Virus record (IMG/VR): IMGVR_UViG_3300016476_000040
Location: 1 to 31,010 of that record
Direction: 5' to 3' (one strand)
From: a virus
Taxonomy: Duplodnaviria > Caudoviricetes
Length of the DNA: 31,010 nt
Under the pieces are notes generated by a model. The model was not told the origin of the DNA. It ran no database searches and saw only the letters and a list, made by a program, of their open reading frames with translations. Position 1 is the first letter of the stretch, and each line of letters begins with the position of its first letter. Shown here in pieces: positions 18,802-26,714 of the stretch. The position numbers and the translations under genes were made by a program.

Positions 18802-19638
18802 TTATTGAAAATATGTGCTCGGTGATGGTCCAGATGACGCATCGCTGTCCAGAGTATTAGTTCCGATATGAGCGACCTTCGTGACTCTAACCTTACCAGC
18901 TGTAACCTGAACGCCGCTTGTAACAACTTTCGTTTCAACTTTTACCAAGCTCTTCAGAGTCGCAACGCCCGTAGCATCAAATGTCATAGCGCCACCAGCA
19001 AAGATAGTTGTTGCAGTCGTAGAAGCAATACCAATCTCTGTAGCGCCCAGACCCATAGTTCCAGCAGCAGAAATAGAATGCTCACCACCAGTTACGACTG
19101 TATTGTCACCTGATACGATTTGAGTGCTATCCGTTCCGACCGTCTGTGTAAGCTCTTTATTGATTGTATCGAGTTTCTTACCGCCTGTAATTTCTTCACG
19201 GTCGAGTGATGTGCGATGAGAAGTCTTACCATTAATTTGAGCGCGCTCATCGCCTTGTGCTTCTCTTAGCATATTACCAGCTGACTTCAGATTAATATCA
19301 CCGCTAGTAGAAACCATTTCGATTGCCGCTGCTTCTACTTTATATGTGCCTGTGACCTTTACAAGGAAATCACCATTGATAATCAGATTGAAATTACCAG
19401 TGATAGTTTCGTCTTTACCTTTATTGTAGAACTCTTGCTCCTTACCCTCAACCTTCGTAATACGAACGCCATCATCTTTGATTTCCATATGCGTTCCTGA
19501 CGCATGATAGATATGAATTCTTCTATCGCCAGGCGTGTTGTCATATTCAATCATGTGACCAGCTTCGGTGGTCATGACATGATTGCCAGTATATTCTGAC
19601 TTCTTACCGCCCTGTTCTACTTCATCTATCTTAGCCAT
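18802..19638 (-). CDS. gp5: gp5 C-terminal part (spike beta-helix)
   Basis: EYTGNHVMTTEAGHMIEYDNTPGDRRIHIYHASGTHMEI..DG matches the T4-like gp5 'YP.NHV.ETESGH..EFDDTPG.ERI...H..GT..EI..DG' block. It is followed by octapeptide V/I-x-G beta-helix repeats. Confidence 0.85.
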   Translation of the reverse strand: MAKIDEVEQGGKKSEYTGNHVMTTEAGHMIEYDNTPGDRRIHIYHASGTHMEIKDDGVRITKVEGKEQEFYNKGKDETITGNFNLIINGDFLVKVTGTYKVEAAAIEMVSTSGDINLKSAGNMLREAQGDERAQINGKTSHRTSLDREEITGGKKLDTINKELTQTVGTDSTQIVSGDNTVVTGGEHSISAAGTMGLGATEIGIASTTATTIFAGGAMTFDATGVATLKSLVKVETKVVTSGVQVTAGKVRVTKVAHIGTNTLDSDASSGPSPSTYFQ

Positions 19639-19646
19639 GTTTTATC

Positions 19647-20471
19647 CTATGCGCCTATCATTCCGAATGTAGTTCCAAATGGTTGATTACCTGTATCAAC
19701 TCCTAGAACATTAGATGGGCTTACTGTTGATTCTGGAGCTTGTGTTTCAGCTGGACGAACGTCTCCAGACGGATCATCTTGTTCAGCTCCTTGCATTTGC
19801 GCGATCTCACCAAGTTCTTCTGCGACGTCACTTCCTTGAATTAATTCAAAACTCGGACCACCTCCACCACCTGCCTGACCTGTAGCAGCAAAATCTGATT
19901 TCTTTGGAGGAAGCGGAACGCCTTTCACTCTTCTTGCGTCTTTATCTTTTCTTATTGGATGCTGACTACCCTCTGAACCATCGCGAGCAGTCAGCGCCGT
20001 AGAAGACTGATCATCTTGAACTGGATGAACCGAAGGTAGCGGCGTCAGACCATTTTTTCCGCCAAACGAAGCATTCAGAGTGTTCATGAGAGCATTGACT
20101 GCAAGATATTTCTGCAGCAATGAAAGATTCTGATTCTGAACCTGCTGAGGAGTAGGTCTATTGATAATTAACTCATCAGTTGTTGTATCTGATGCTATAA
20201 TACGATTATATTGTAAATCAATAACTTCAGCGATAACATTATATGTTCCTGGATAGAGCGGCGAAGTGATATGAAGTTTCCACGTCTTAGGTGTGGTCGT
20301 TTCATCTAGCCCCAGATTACCGCCAAACAACGTGTATGTTTTATAGTTTACTGTAACATTGATTGATTGTTTGGCTGTACCATCTAAGTCAAAACGATCC
20401 ATCTCCACCGTACCAGTGATGATAGGCGTATTGTCGGTCGTTGATATTTTATTTACAGTAATTGATGCCAT
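19647..20471 (-). CDS. Bacterial Ig-like domain protein within the gp5 locus
   Basis: N-terminal TTDNTPIITGT...INVTVN..TY...W.L....LYPGTYNVIAEV.D...SDTTTDELII resembles adhesin Ig repeats. The C-terminus is low complexity. Confidence 0.6.
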   Translation of the reverse strand: MASITVNKISTTDNTPIITGTVEMDRFDLDGTAKQSINVTVNYKTYTLFGGNLGLDETTTPKTWKLHITSPLYPGTYNVIAEVIDLQYNRIIASDTTTDELIINRPTPQQVQNQNLSLLQKYLAVNALMNTLNASFGGKNGLTPLPSVHPVQDDQSSTALTARDGSEGSQHPIRKDKDARRVKGVPLPPKKSDFAATGQAGGGGGPSFELIQGSDVAEELGEIAQMQGAEQDDPSGDVRPAETQAPESTVSPSNVLGVDTGNQPFGTTFGMIGA

Positions 20472-20473
20472 TG

Positions 20474-21076
20474 TTAATATGTAATCTTATATTGTTGACC
20501 ATCTAATGTCAAGACTTCCGAAGAGCCTTTAGCAGGGCCTCTCATATTAATTTCCGACTGAGCAAGACGCGCATTTGCGTATGCCAGTTTATCATCAATG
20601 CTCGCTCCTGGACCTGGCTCTTTGAGAGCTTGATTCTGTGAGTTCTTAGCTGTTGCTGATTCGCCTTGTCCTGGCTGTGTTGAACTGCCGTCACTAGCGC
20701 CAGAACCAAGCGCATTCGGACCTATGCTCTGCTTCTGTTGAACGTGCGGTAGTGTGCCGATAACAACTGGAATCTGCTGACCATCATCGTCCATAAAGAA
20801 ACCAACGACTTTGGTTGTTTCCACGATACCAGTAGGGCTAAAACCAATTCCGCTTATCGCAGCAGAAGTGGTTGGTTGCATGACGAACGCCCAAGGCAGC
20901 TCTGAAGTCGGGAGTTTGCCTTTATCTTCTGTGTGATGTCCCTGAATGCGCACCTTCACGCGACCAATCTTAAGCTCATCTTTTTCGCCACAGAACTGAC
21001 CAGTACCGCGATCTTCCACGGTCCCAATCCACCATTTCATTCCGTTCATACCGAACATTTTTTTGAATAGTGACAT
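20474..21076 (-). CDS. gp5: gp5 N-terminal OB-fold part
   Basis: WWIGTVEDR...IGRVKVRIQGHHT..K..LPT.ELPWA.VMQPTTSA..SGIG.SP...VVGFFMD...Q.PVVIGTLP. Confidence 0.9.
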   Translation of the reverse strand: MSLFKKMFGMNGMKWWIGTVEDRGTGQFCGEKDELKIGRVKVRIQGHHTEDKGKLPTSELPWAFVMQPTTSAAISGIGFSPTGIVETTKVVGFFMDDDGQQIPVVIGTLPHVQQKQSIGPNALGSGASDGSSTQPGQGESATAKNSQNQALKEPGPGASIDDKLAYANARLAQSEINMRGPAKGSSEVLTLDGQQYKITY

Positions 21077-22344
21077 TATCTAGCTACTCCAGATTGAGTT
21101 GATTGTTTTCTAGCGTGTGAGTCACTCTTACATTCAAGAATACAATTATATTTAATATCTTGTCCTTCTTTATATATTACATGGCGAACAGAGGTAACTA
21201 GAAAAGTCCCCGAACGAGGATCAAGCTGTGTGCCTTCTTGGTTCGAAGGAATATTCAATCTAATCTTAATTCCTGGCTTCAAGTTAGTATCGCCAGGAAC
21301 ACGAACGTTCATAACAAGATTATCTAACTGTAATGCGGCTGATGATTGTGCGGCATGTTCAGGCAACGTTCTTCTTGTTTCGACGGTCTTTGGGTCACGC
21401 GACTTAACGAACTTGCTATCTTTAGCAGCCATTCCAGGCGAGATAATAAACGTTCTGTTTGCGCCTGAGTCAGAGGGTTTATCTTCGGTCAGCGGATCTT
21501 TTCCTGTATGATTAACGTCACCCGCACCATCGCGCTTGCCTTTCTTAGGAACAGAATCAATCTTCCCTACGAGCGGATCATAATAATAAACGTGTTCTGA
21601 GTCAGCGCCATTTTCTACAGATTCGTTTCTATTAAAATCTTTAGGCTGATCAAAAGCAATGATATTCTTAGACGGATCTGACGAACCAGCTGAACCAATG
21701 TTCTGGTGAGCATAGCTAAACGTCATAGTCTCTGAGCCCTTGAGCATAGCATCGACAGTCTTGAAATAATAACCATCGCGATCTTGCCAGTACAAATAGT
21801 TCGAAGCCTTTGAATCAGCAGACATACCTTCCGTTGCACCCCAACGAATGACATTCGTAGGCGAACGACCTGTTCCAACATATGTCTGATTGCCTTTTGT
21901 TTCCTCTACCTCAGCCAGTGATTTCTTTAGTGTATTAGATCCCTGCGTATAATAATCATGCCAATCACGGACCATGTCTGAGATTTTCTTATTAGAATAC
22001 GCCTTCGCAATATCTTTGCGGTGATTATCCAACATTTCTTGCGGTACGCCGACTACGATATAAGTGTCTAGATTATCTTGCGAGCGAACTTTGTTTGTAA
22101 CTCGCTCGACCTTAAAATTCATACGAATCTGATTACCGCTTCTACCACCGAAGTTGATGGATATATCTTCACCGCCTTTGAGTTTGGCTTTTTCATGAAA
22201 TCCGCTACCATCAGCCAATGTGATATTACACGAAGCAGCAGTAGAATAGATGCTCTCGAAATAGTCTAATTGCGTGACGATTTGTTTAACGTCGACGTTG
22301 TCAATCGTACATGCATTAAATGAACCACCACCGATATCACTCAT
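21076..22344 (-). CDS. Baseplate hub/tail protein (gp27-like)
   Basis: LDYFESIYS, YLYWQDRDGYYFKTVD.M, VPGDTNLKPG and SGTFLVTSVRH. Sits between gp53 and gp5, as in T4-like cyanophages. Confidence 0.6.
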   Translation of the reverse strand: MSDIGGGSFNACTIDNVDVKQIVTQLDYFESIYSTAASCNITLADGSGFHEKAKLKGGEDISINFGGRSGNQIRMNFKVERVTNKVRSQDNLDTYIVVGVPQEMLDNHRKDIAKAYSNKKISDMVRDWHDYYTQGSNTLKKSLAEVEETKGNQTYVGTGRSPTNVIRWGATEGMSADSKASNYLYWQDRDGYYFKTVDAMLKGSETMTFSYAHQNIGSAGSSDPSKNIIAFDQPKDFNRNESVENGADSEHVYYYDPLVGKIDSVPKKGKRDGAGDVNHTGKDPLTEDKPSDSGANRTFIISPGMAAKDSKFVKSRDPKTVETRRTLPEHAAQSSAALQLDNLVMNVRVPGDTNLKPGIKIRLNIPSNQEGTQLDPRSGTFLVTSVRHVIYKEGQDIKYNCILECKSDSHARKQSTQSGVAR

Positions 22345-22934
22345 CGTGTCGCGCTACCTTCTTCAAAGATATAAGGATGCTGATCTTTAATGATTTGCAG
22401 ATAGTTAAGGTCAATTAGATAGATATGTTTTCTATCATCGTTTAATTTGTTTTCATAATCAAATACTGAAACAGATCGTCTGCTGGTCGCAGGAAGAGCA
22501 GCATAAGTTGTGTAATCAACCTGTAAGGTTTTCTCTGGAATGATACGTTGAATACCACTTTCGGTGATGATCTGGTGGGCTTGCAGAATACGTTCATAGT
22601 GATGCACTGTGCTTTGCGCCACAGAAACCGACCCATACTTATCACGCAGATATTCATTAAACTGTTCATAAGAAAGAGGCCACTCGAAATATGGGTCTTG
22701 TATTTCATTGGTCAGCAGCACTAACCAGTCCATTGATTGATCACCATAATAATCATATGCTACTGTATCTGGGCGCTCACCATCTTCGACATAATACTCG
22801 TCGAACGTGACCTTTGCATTCTTAACGAAATTGGTTATCGAAAATCTGCGCGTGATATCAATCACAGGAACGATCTGTTCTTTTCCTGGAATACGATAAG
22901 CAATAATAGGATGAGGTCTAAAGAAAAAAGCCAT
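22341..22934 (-). CDS. gp53: Baseplate wedge subunit gp53
   Basis: YYVEDGERPDTVAYDYYG...DWLVLLTNEIQDPYFEWPLS (LysM-like), HHYE and YE...ND..K.I.L. Confidence 0.92.
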   Translation of the reverse strand: MAFFFRPHPIIAYRIPGKEQIVPVIDITRRFSITNFVKNAKVTFDEYYVEDGERPDTVAYDYYGDQSMDWLVLLTNEIQDPYFEWPLSYEQFNEYLRDKYGSVSVAQSTVHHYERILQAHQIITESGIQRIIPEKTLQVDYTTYAALPATSRRSVSVFDYENKLNDDRKHIYLIDLNYLQIIKDQHPYIFEEGSATR

Positions 22935-22939
22935 TAAGT

Positions 22940-24040
22940 TTATCCATTAAATCCAGGAGTCGTTGTTCCGCTTTGATTATCTAATGGTCTTAGATTAGGC
23001 TGAGTGCCACCTTGATTTCTACCCTGTGGGCGATCACCAGAAGCAGTAGGCAGCTCGCGCAATCCTCGTGTGAGCGTATTCTTTGTGATGATTTCTGTTT
23101 CCTTAAACGTCAGCGATAGACTGACTTCAGCGGGCGCTGGAATACCGCCACCATTTGCGTCGCGAATATATGCTGGGAAACCCTGACCATGATAGTCGAT
23201 ACGAACGTCTGTACATACAGATGGTTCAAGCTCAAACAGATATGACGGATGACGGAATTTAATACGGAAGAACTCAGGATATTTAAAGAATAATCCGCTA
23301 GCCAGATATTCAGGATGTGAGTAGAACTTAAACATTTCGCAGATCAGGCGAATAGCATTCGACTCATCTCTGTTTCTAGGTGATAATTTCCAAGTGAATG
23401 TATGATCACGGAATCCAACGCCCGTGAACAATACAACCTTATGTGGATTGACTGCGATTCCACCAGCTACTTTGAGCAATGTGCTAAACGCAGCGCCATC
23501 ACCGAAACCGCCTGGTATAAGACTAGCTGCTTTCTGAATTGTTTGTAATCCAGCTGCAGCAGCAACACCTGCACCAAGCGATGTTGCGTTTACGCCTCCT
23601 GCGGCAGAAACTTCGCTTGCGATATCTCTGTTTCCGTACATTCCGCGATCAAATGGCTTAAGAGCCATGCCTGCAACTGGTGATAGATCTTGTTCTGAAT
23701 ACAGTGGATTATAATCTGTAGAAAGGCTTGATGGCATCGGAAGACGAATCGTACCACCAAGAACTGTGCTCCCTGTTAAGCCAGGAATGCTGCTCAGAAA
23801 ATCAGCACCAGCGCCCTTAGATTCATATGCGGTGAACTCAATCCAGTGGTCGTTCTCAATCAGGTCTTCTGGGAATAATACAGCTGCACCTCTATAAGGA
23901 TCAGCTGTTGATGCTGTTTGACCTAACAGCGAAGCAATCCCAACACCGACTGCACCAGCCAAAAGACCGTAGCCCGCAATTCTAGCGCCGCGTCCAGCTG
24001 TTATTCTATTATTTCTAAGGCTTCTTAGTGCAGACGACAT
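22940..24040 (-). CDS. gp48: Baseplate tail tube cap gp48
   Basis: IRLPMP, NPH..VLF.GV.FR.HTF.WKLSPRN.DES..I..I, YPE.F.I and LSLTFKETEIITK. RBS GAAAGGAA. Confidence 0.88.
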   Translation of the reverse strand: MSSALRSLRNNRITAGRGARIAGYGLLAGAVGVGIASLLGQTASTADPYRGAAVLFPEDLIENDHWIEFTAYESKGAGADFLSSIPGLTGSTVLGGTIRLPMPSSLSTDYNPLYSEQDLSPVAGMALKPFDRGMYGNRDIASEVSAAGGVNATSLGAGVAAAAGLQTIQKAASLIPGGFGDGAAFSTLLKVAGGIAVNPHKVVLFTGVGFRDHTFTWKLSPRNRDESNAIRLICEMFKFYSHPEYLASGLFFKYPEFFRIKFRHPSYLFELEPSVCTDVRIDYHGQGFPAYIRDANGGGIPAPAEVSLSLTFKETEIITKNTLTRGLRELPTASGDRPQGRNQGGTQPNLRPLDNQSGTTTPGFNG

Positions 24041-24064
24041 TAATGTTCCTTTCTGTCAGCGTAT

Positions 24065-24072
24065 TATTTATT
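24065..24072 (-). promoter_or_regulatory. Late promoter variant AATAAATA for the gp48 operon
   Basis: Located in the divergent gp48/gp4 gap, 24 nt upstream of ATG 24040. Confidence 0.7.
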
Positions 24073-24087
24073 CGCTACATAATAGGC

Positions 24088-24534
24088 ATGGTAGCATATA
24101 AAGGTAGATTTCAGCCAAAGAATCCGAGTAAGTACAAAGGCGATCCCACGAACATTGTATATCGCAGTTCGTGGGAGCTGCGCTTTATGAAGTATCTCGA
24201 TTCTAATCCTAATATCATTCAGTGGGCTTCTGAGGAAGTAATCATTCCCTACAAGTCGCCGCTGGACGGAAAGTGGCATAGATATTTCCCTGACTTTGTC
24301 ATACAGATGCGTGATAAAGACGGGAAACTGGTCACGAAGATGATTGAAATAAAGCCACGCTCTCAGTCAGTTCCTCCTACGCCTAGAAAGAATGGGTCGA
24401 AGCCGACAAAGAAATATCTACAAGAAGTCGCGACATTTGGAATAAATAGTGCGAAGTGGCACGCAGCCAAAGCATACTGCGATGATCGTAACTGGCAGTT
24501 TGTCGTATTGACAGAAAAGGAATTAGGCGTCTAA
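24088..24534 (+). CDS. gp4: Head completion nuclease gp4 (TnsA-like fold)
   Basis: YKGRFQPKNP.KYKGDP.NIVYRSSWE, W.SEE..IPY, HRYFPDF, IEIKP, AKW.AA and F.VLTEKEL. Start revised to ATG 24088. Confidence 0.95.
   Translation: MVAYKGRFQPKNPSKYKGDPTNIVYRSSWELRFMKYLDSNPNIIQWASEEVIIPYKSPLDGKWHRYFPDFVIQMRDKDGKLVTKMIEIKPRSQSVPPTPRKNGSKPTKKYLQEVATFGINSAKWHAAKAYCDDRNWQFVVLTEKELGV
24441..24448 (+). promoter_or_regulatory. Possible late promoter AATAAATA upstream of gp2
   Basis: Located inside the 3' part of gp4, about 85 nt before the gp2 ATG. Confidence 0.5.
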
Positions 24535-25145
24535 TGGTTGCTTATATCTTTGACCGTATGGTTCAACGTGGCGCTGCTGCTGGCGTTCAGCCCTCGGTCG
24601 CACGCGAATCACGTCAATGGTTTCGCAGACAAGCACAGAATATAACAGCATCGCCAACGAGAATGATTCGTAGCAATCAAGCACGCCTCACCGATAAGCC
24701 CATGCTTGGGCGTATGTATTTGTTTCAATACGATCCTAAGGGAAAGAAAACATTACCATACTATGATAGATTTCCGCTCATTATTCCGATTGCTTCAGCT
24801 AGAACTACTGGCTTCGCTTCATCAGGAGGATCCTTCTTGGGAATTAACCTCCATTATCTTCCACCAGTCCTCAGAGCAAAACTGATGGACGCATTGTATG
24901 ATACCATCACGAATGAAAAGTTAGACGAAACAACTCGTCTCAAGATATCATACAATATATTACAGCAGGCTAGTAAATATCGTTTCTTCAAACCATGCAT
25001 CAAACGATATCTTATTAGTCAAGTTCGCTCACGTTTCTTTTATATCGAGCCCTCTGAATGGGAAATGGCTTTATTCTTACCTCTTGATAGATTTGTTGGG
25101 GCTAATAAATCACGCATCTACCGCGATAGTCGCAACAGGATTTAA
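24534..25145 (+). CDS. gp2: DNA end protector protein gp2
   Basis: GRMYLFQYDPK.K..LPYYDRFPL, FLGINLHYLP, PCIKRYL and W..ALFLP. Confidence 0.95.
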   Translation: MVAYIFDRMVQRGAAAGVQPSVARESRQWFRRQAQNITASPTRMIRSNQARLTDKPMLGRMYLFQYDPKGKKTLPYYDRFPLIIPIASARTTGFASSGGSFLGINLHYLPPVLRAKLMDALYDTITNEKLDETTRLKISYNILQQASKYRFFKPCIKRYLISQVRSRFFYIEPSEWEMALFLPLDRFVGANKSRIYRDSRNRI

Positions 25146-25147
25146 CA

Positions 25148-25822
25148 ATGCCATTTAATATCGCAGATTTCAATTCTCAGATATCTCAGTCAGGTATAGC
25201 CCATACTTCACACTTCGAAGCATGGATTCTTGGCGGTCCTGGATCACGTTACGGCGTCGGAGGTATTCTAGAGTCTTATGGATTAGACGAGGGTATGCGT
25301 TTTCGTATTGAATCTGTGAATATGCCAGGTCGTCAAATGCAAACACTGGATCAGAACTACTATGGTCCTGTTCGCCGCATTCCATTCAGATCATCGCAGC
25401 AACCAGTATCTCTGTCGGTTATTCTTTCGAAAGACATGCGCGAGCGCGAGATATTCATGAAATGGCAAGATTACTTTTTGGGTCACTATCGCAGTAATCT
25501 CAATCGTTCAAATATTCCAGGAATGTTTGACGGGAAATACTATCATGACGGCGTAGGAACAATCGAAATCATTCAATACTCATACTCGAACTCATTCGGT
25601 GAGTTTGAGCTCGCCTATCAAGCCAACGAGTATGAAATTCAGAACGTGATTACGCTGGTCGAAGCATATCCAGTGAATGTGAACGATATTCAGATGTCAT
25701 GGGCTGACGAAGGATATGCTAAATTACAAGTAGAAATTAACTATAGATATTCAATCGAAGAAAACACCAACTTCAGCAGTGGTGGAGAATTTGAAAGAGA
25801 ACGTTCTCGTAGAATGAGGTGA
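25148..25822 (+). CDS. Tail tube-family protein (gp54 tail tube initiator / gp19-like)
   Basis: ESVNMPGR, YGP.R.IP, ER.IF.KWQ and L.EAYP.NV..I..SW......L.V...Y. Sits between gp2 and gp26. Confidence 0.75.
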   Translation: MPFNIADFNSQISQSGIAHTSHFEAWILGGPGSRYGVGGILESYGLDEGMRFRIESVNMPGRQMQTLDQNYYGPVRRIPFRSSQQPVSLSVILSKDMREREIFMKWQDYFLGHYRSNLNRSNIPGMFDGKYYHDGVGTIEIIQYSYSNSFGEFELAYQANEYEIQNVITLVEAYPVNVNDIQMSWADEGYAKLQVEINYRYSIEENTNFSSGGEFERERSRRMR

Positions 25823-25827
25823 ACATA

Positions 25828-26535
25828 ATGTCATTGCCTAAAGTTGCGACTCCGCGATTTTCGCTGGAGCTACCGTCTAATGGAAATAAGATTAATTTTA
25901 GATCGTTCCTAGTTAAAGAAGAAAAAGTACTGCTCATGGCTGCTCAGTCGGACGATCCAGCCGCTATGATTGATGCAGTTAAAGATGTGATTTCTTCATG
26001 CGTGCTTGACAATCTAGATGTAGAAAAGCTACCTTATTTTGATTTAGAATACATCTTCCTTAACATTCGCGCCAAATCTATCGGCGAAATTGTTAAGATG
26101 GAGTATCGTCATACGGGCGGAATTAACTACAACGGAATAGCATGCGAGGCTGTAACGCCTGTTGAGATCAATCTAGAACAGGTCAAAGTACAGCGTTCGA
26201 CTGATCATACGAATAAGATTAAGTTAGACGACAAACTCGGTATTGAACTAAGATATCCTACCATCAGTGACGTAAAAATGATCACTGGCGGCAAAGATGA
26301 AATCGAAATGTTGGCGCGTTGCATTCTGAGCGTATATGACGAAGAAAATGTATATGAACCAGATAATCTAGATGATTCTATTCAGTTTATCGAATCGCTC
26401 AACAGTTCGCAGTTCGCACAGATCATGAAGTTCATTGATACTATGCCAAAGCTCAAGCATACGTTTAGTTACAAGTGCAAGGGCTGTGGTCAGGAAGATA
26501 CGGTGACGCTGGAGGGAATGGCTGATTTTTTTTAA
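25828..26535 (+). CDS. gp26: Baseplate hub assembly protein gp26
   Basis: MSLPK..TP.F.L.LPS, F.VKEEK.LL.A, FDLEYIFL.IRAKSIGE, MPKL.H, CxxC and LEG..DFF. ATG 25828 has a GAGGTG RBS. Confidence 0.9.
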   Translation: MSLPKVATPRFSLELPSNGNKINFRSFLVKEEKVLLMAAQSDDPAAMIDAVKDVISSCVLDNLDVEKLPYFDLEYIFLNIRAKSIGEIVKMEYRHTGGINYNGIACEAVTPVEINLEQVKVQRSTDHTNKIKLDDKLGIELRYPTISDVKMITGGKDEIEMLARCILSVYDEENVYEPDNLDDSIQFIESLNSSQFAQIMKFIDTMPKLKHTFSYKCKGCGQEDTVTLEGMADFF

Positions 26536-26711
26536 TGATCCTCTCTCATAATACTCTGGCGAATTATTACCAGACCAACTTTTCGCTTATGCAACACCAC
26601 AAGTATTCATTGAGTGACATAGATGGTATGATTCCGTGGGAGAGGGATATCTACGTCAAAATGCTTGTAGAATATCTAGAGAAGTTAGAAGAAGAAACGA
26701 AAAGAAGGTAG
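26535..26711 (+). CDS. gp51: Baseplate hub assembly catalyst gp51
   Basis: Below the ORF-track cutoff. MILSHNTLANYYQTNFSLMQHHKYSLSDIDGMIPWERDIYVKMLVEYLEKLEEETKRR* carries the NF.LMQHHKYSL..I..M.PWER.IY signature. Confidence 0.9.
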   Translation: MILSHNTLANYYQTNFSLMQHHKYSLSDIDGMIPWERDIYVKMLVEYLEKLEEETKRR

Positions 26712-26714
26712 TAA

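Noticed and set aside
19647-20471. Intron, intein or homing endonuclease interrupting gp5
   Set aside because: No HNH, GIY-YIG, LAGLIDADG or intein motifs are present, and the 2-nt and 8-nt gaps leave no non-coding room for a ribozyme core.
24028-24087. Extended GTG start for gp4 in the ORF track
   Set aside because: It overlaps the gp48 start and promoter, and the gp4 family signature begins at ATG 24088.
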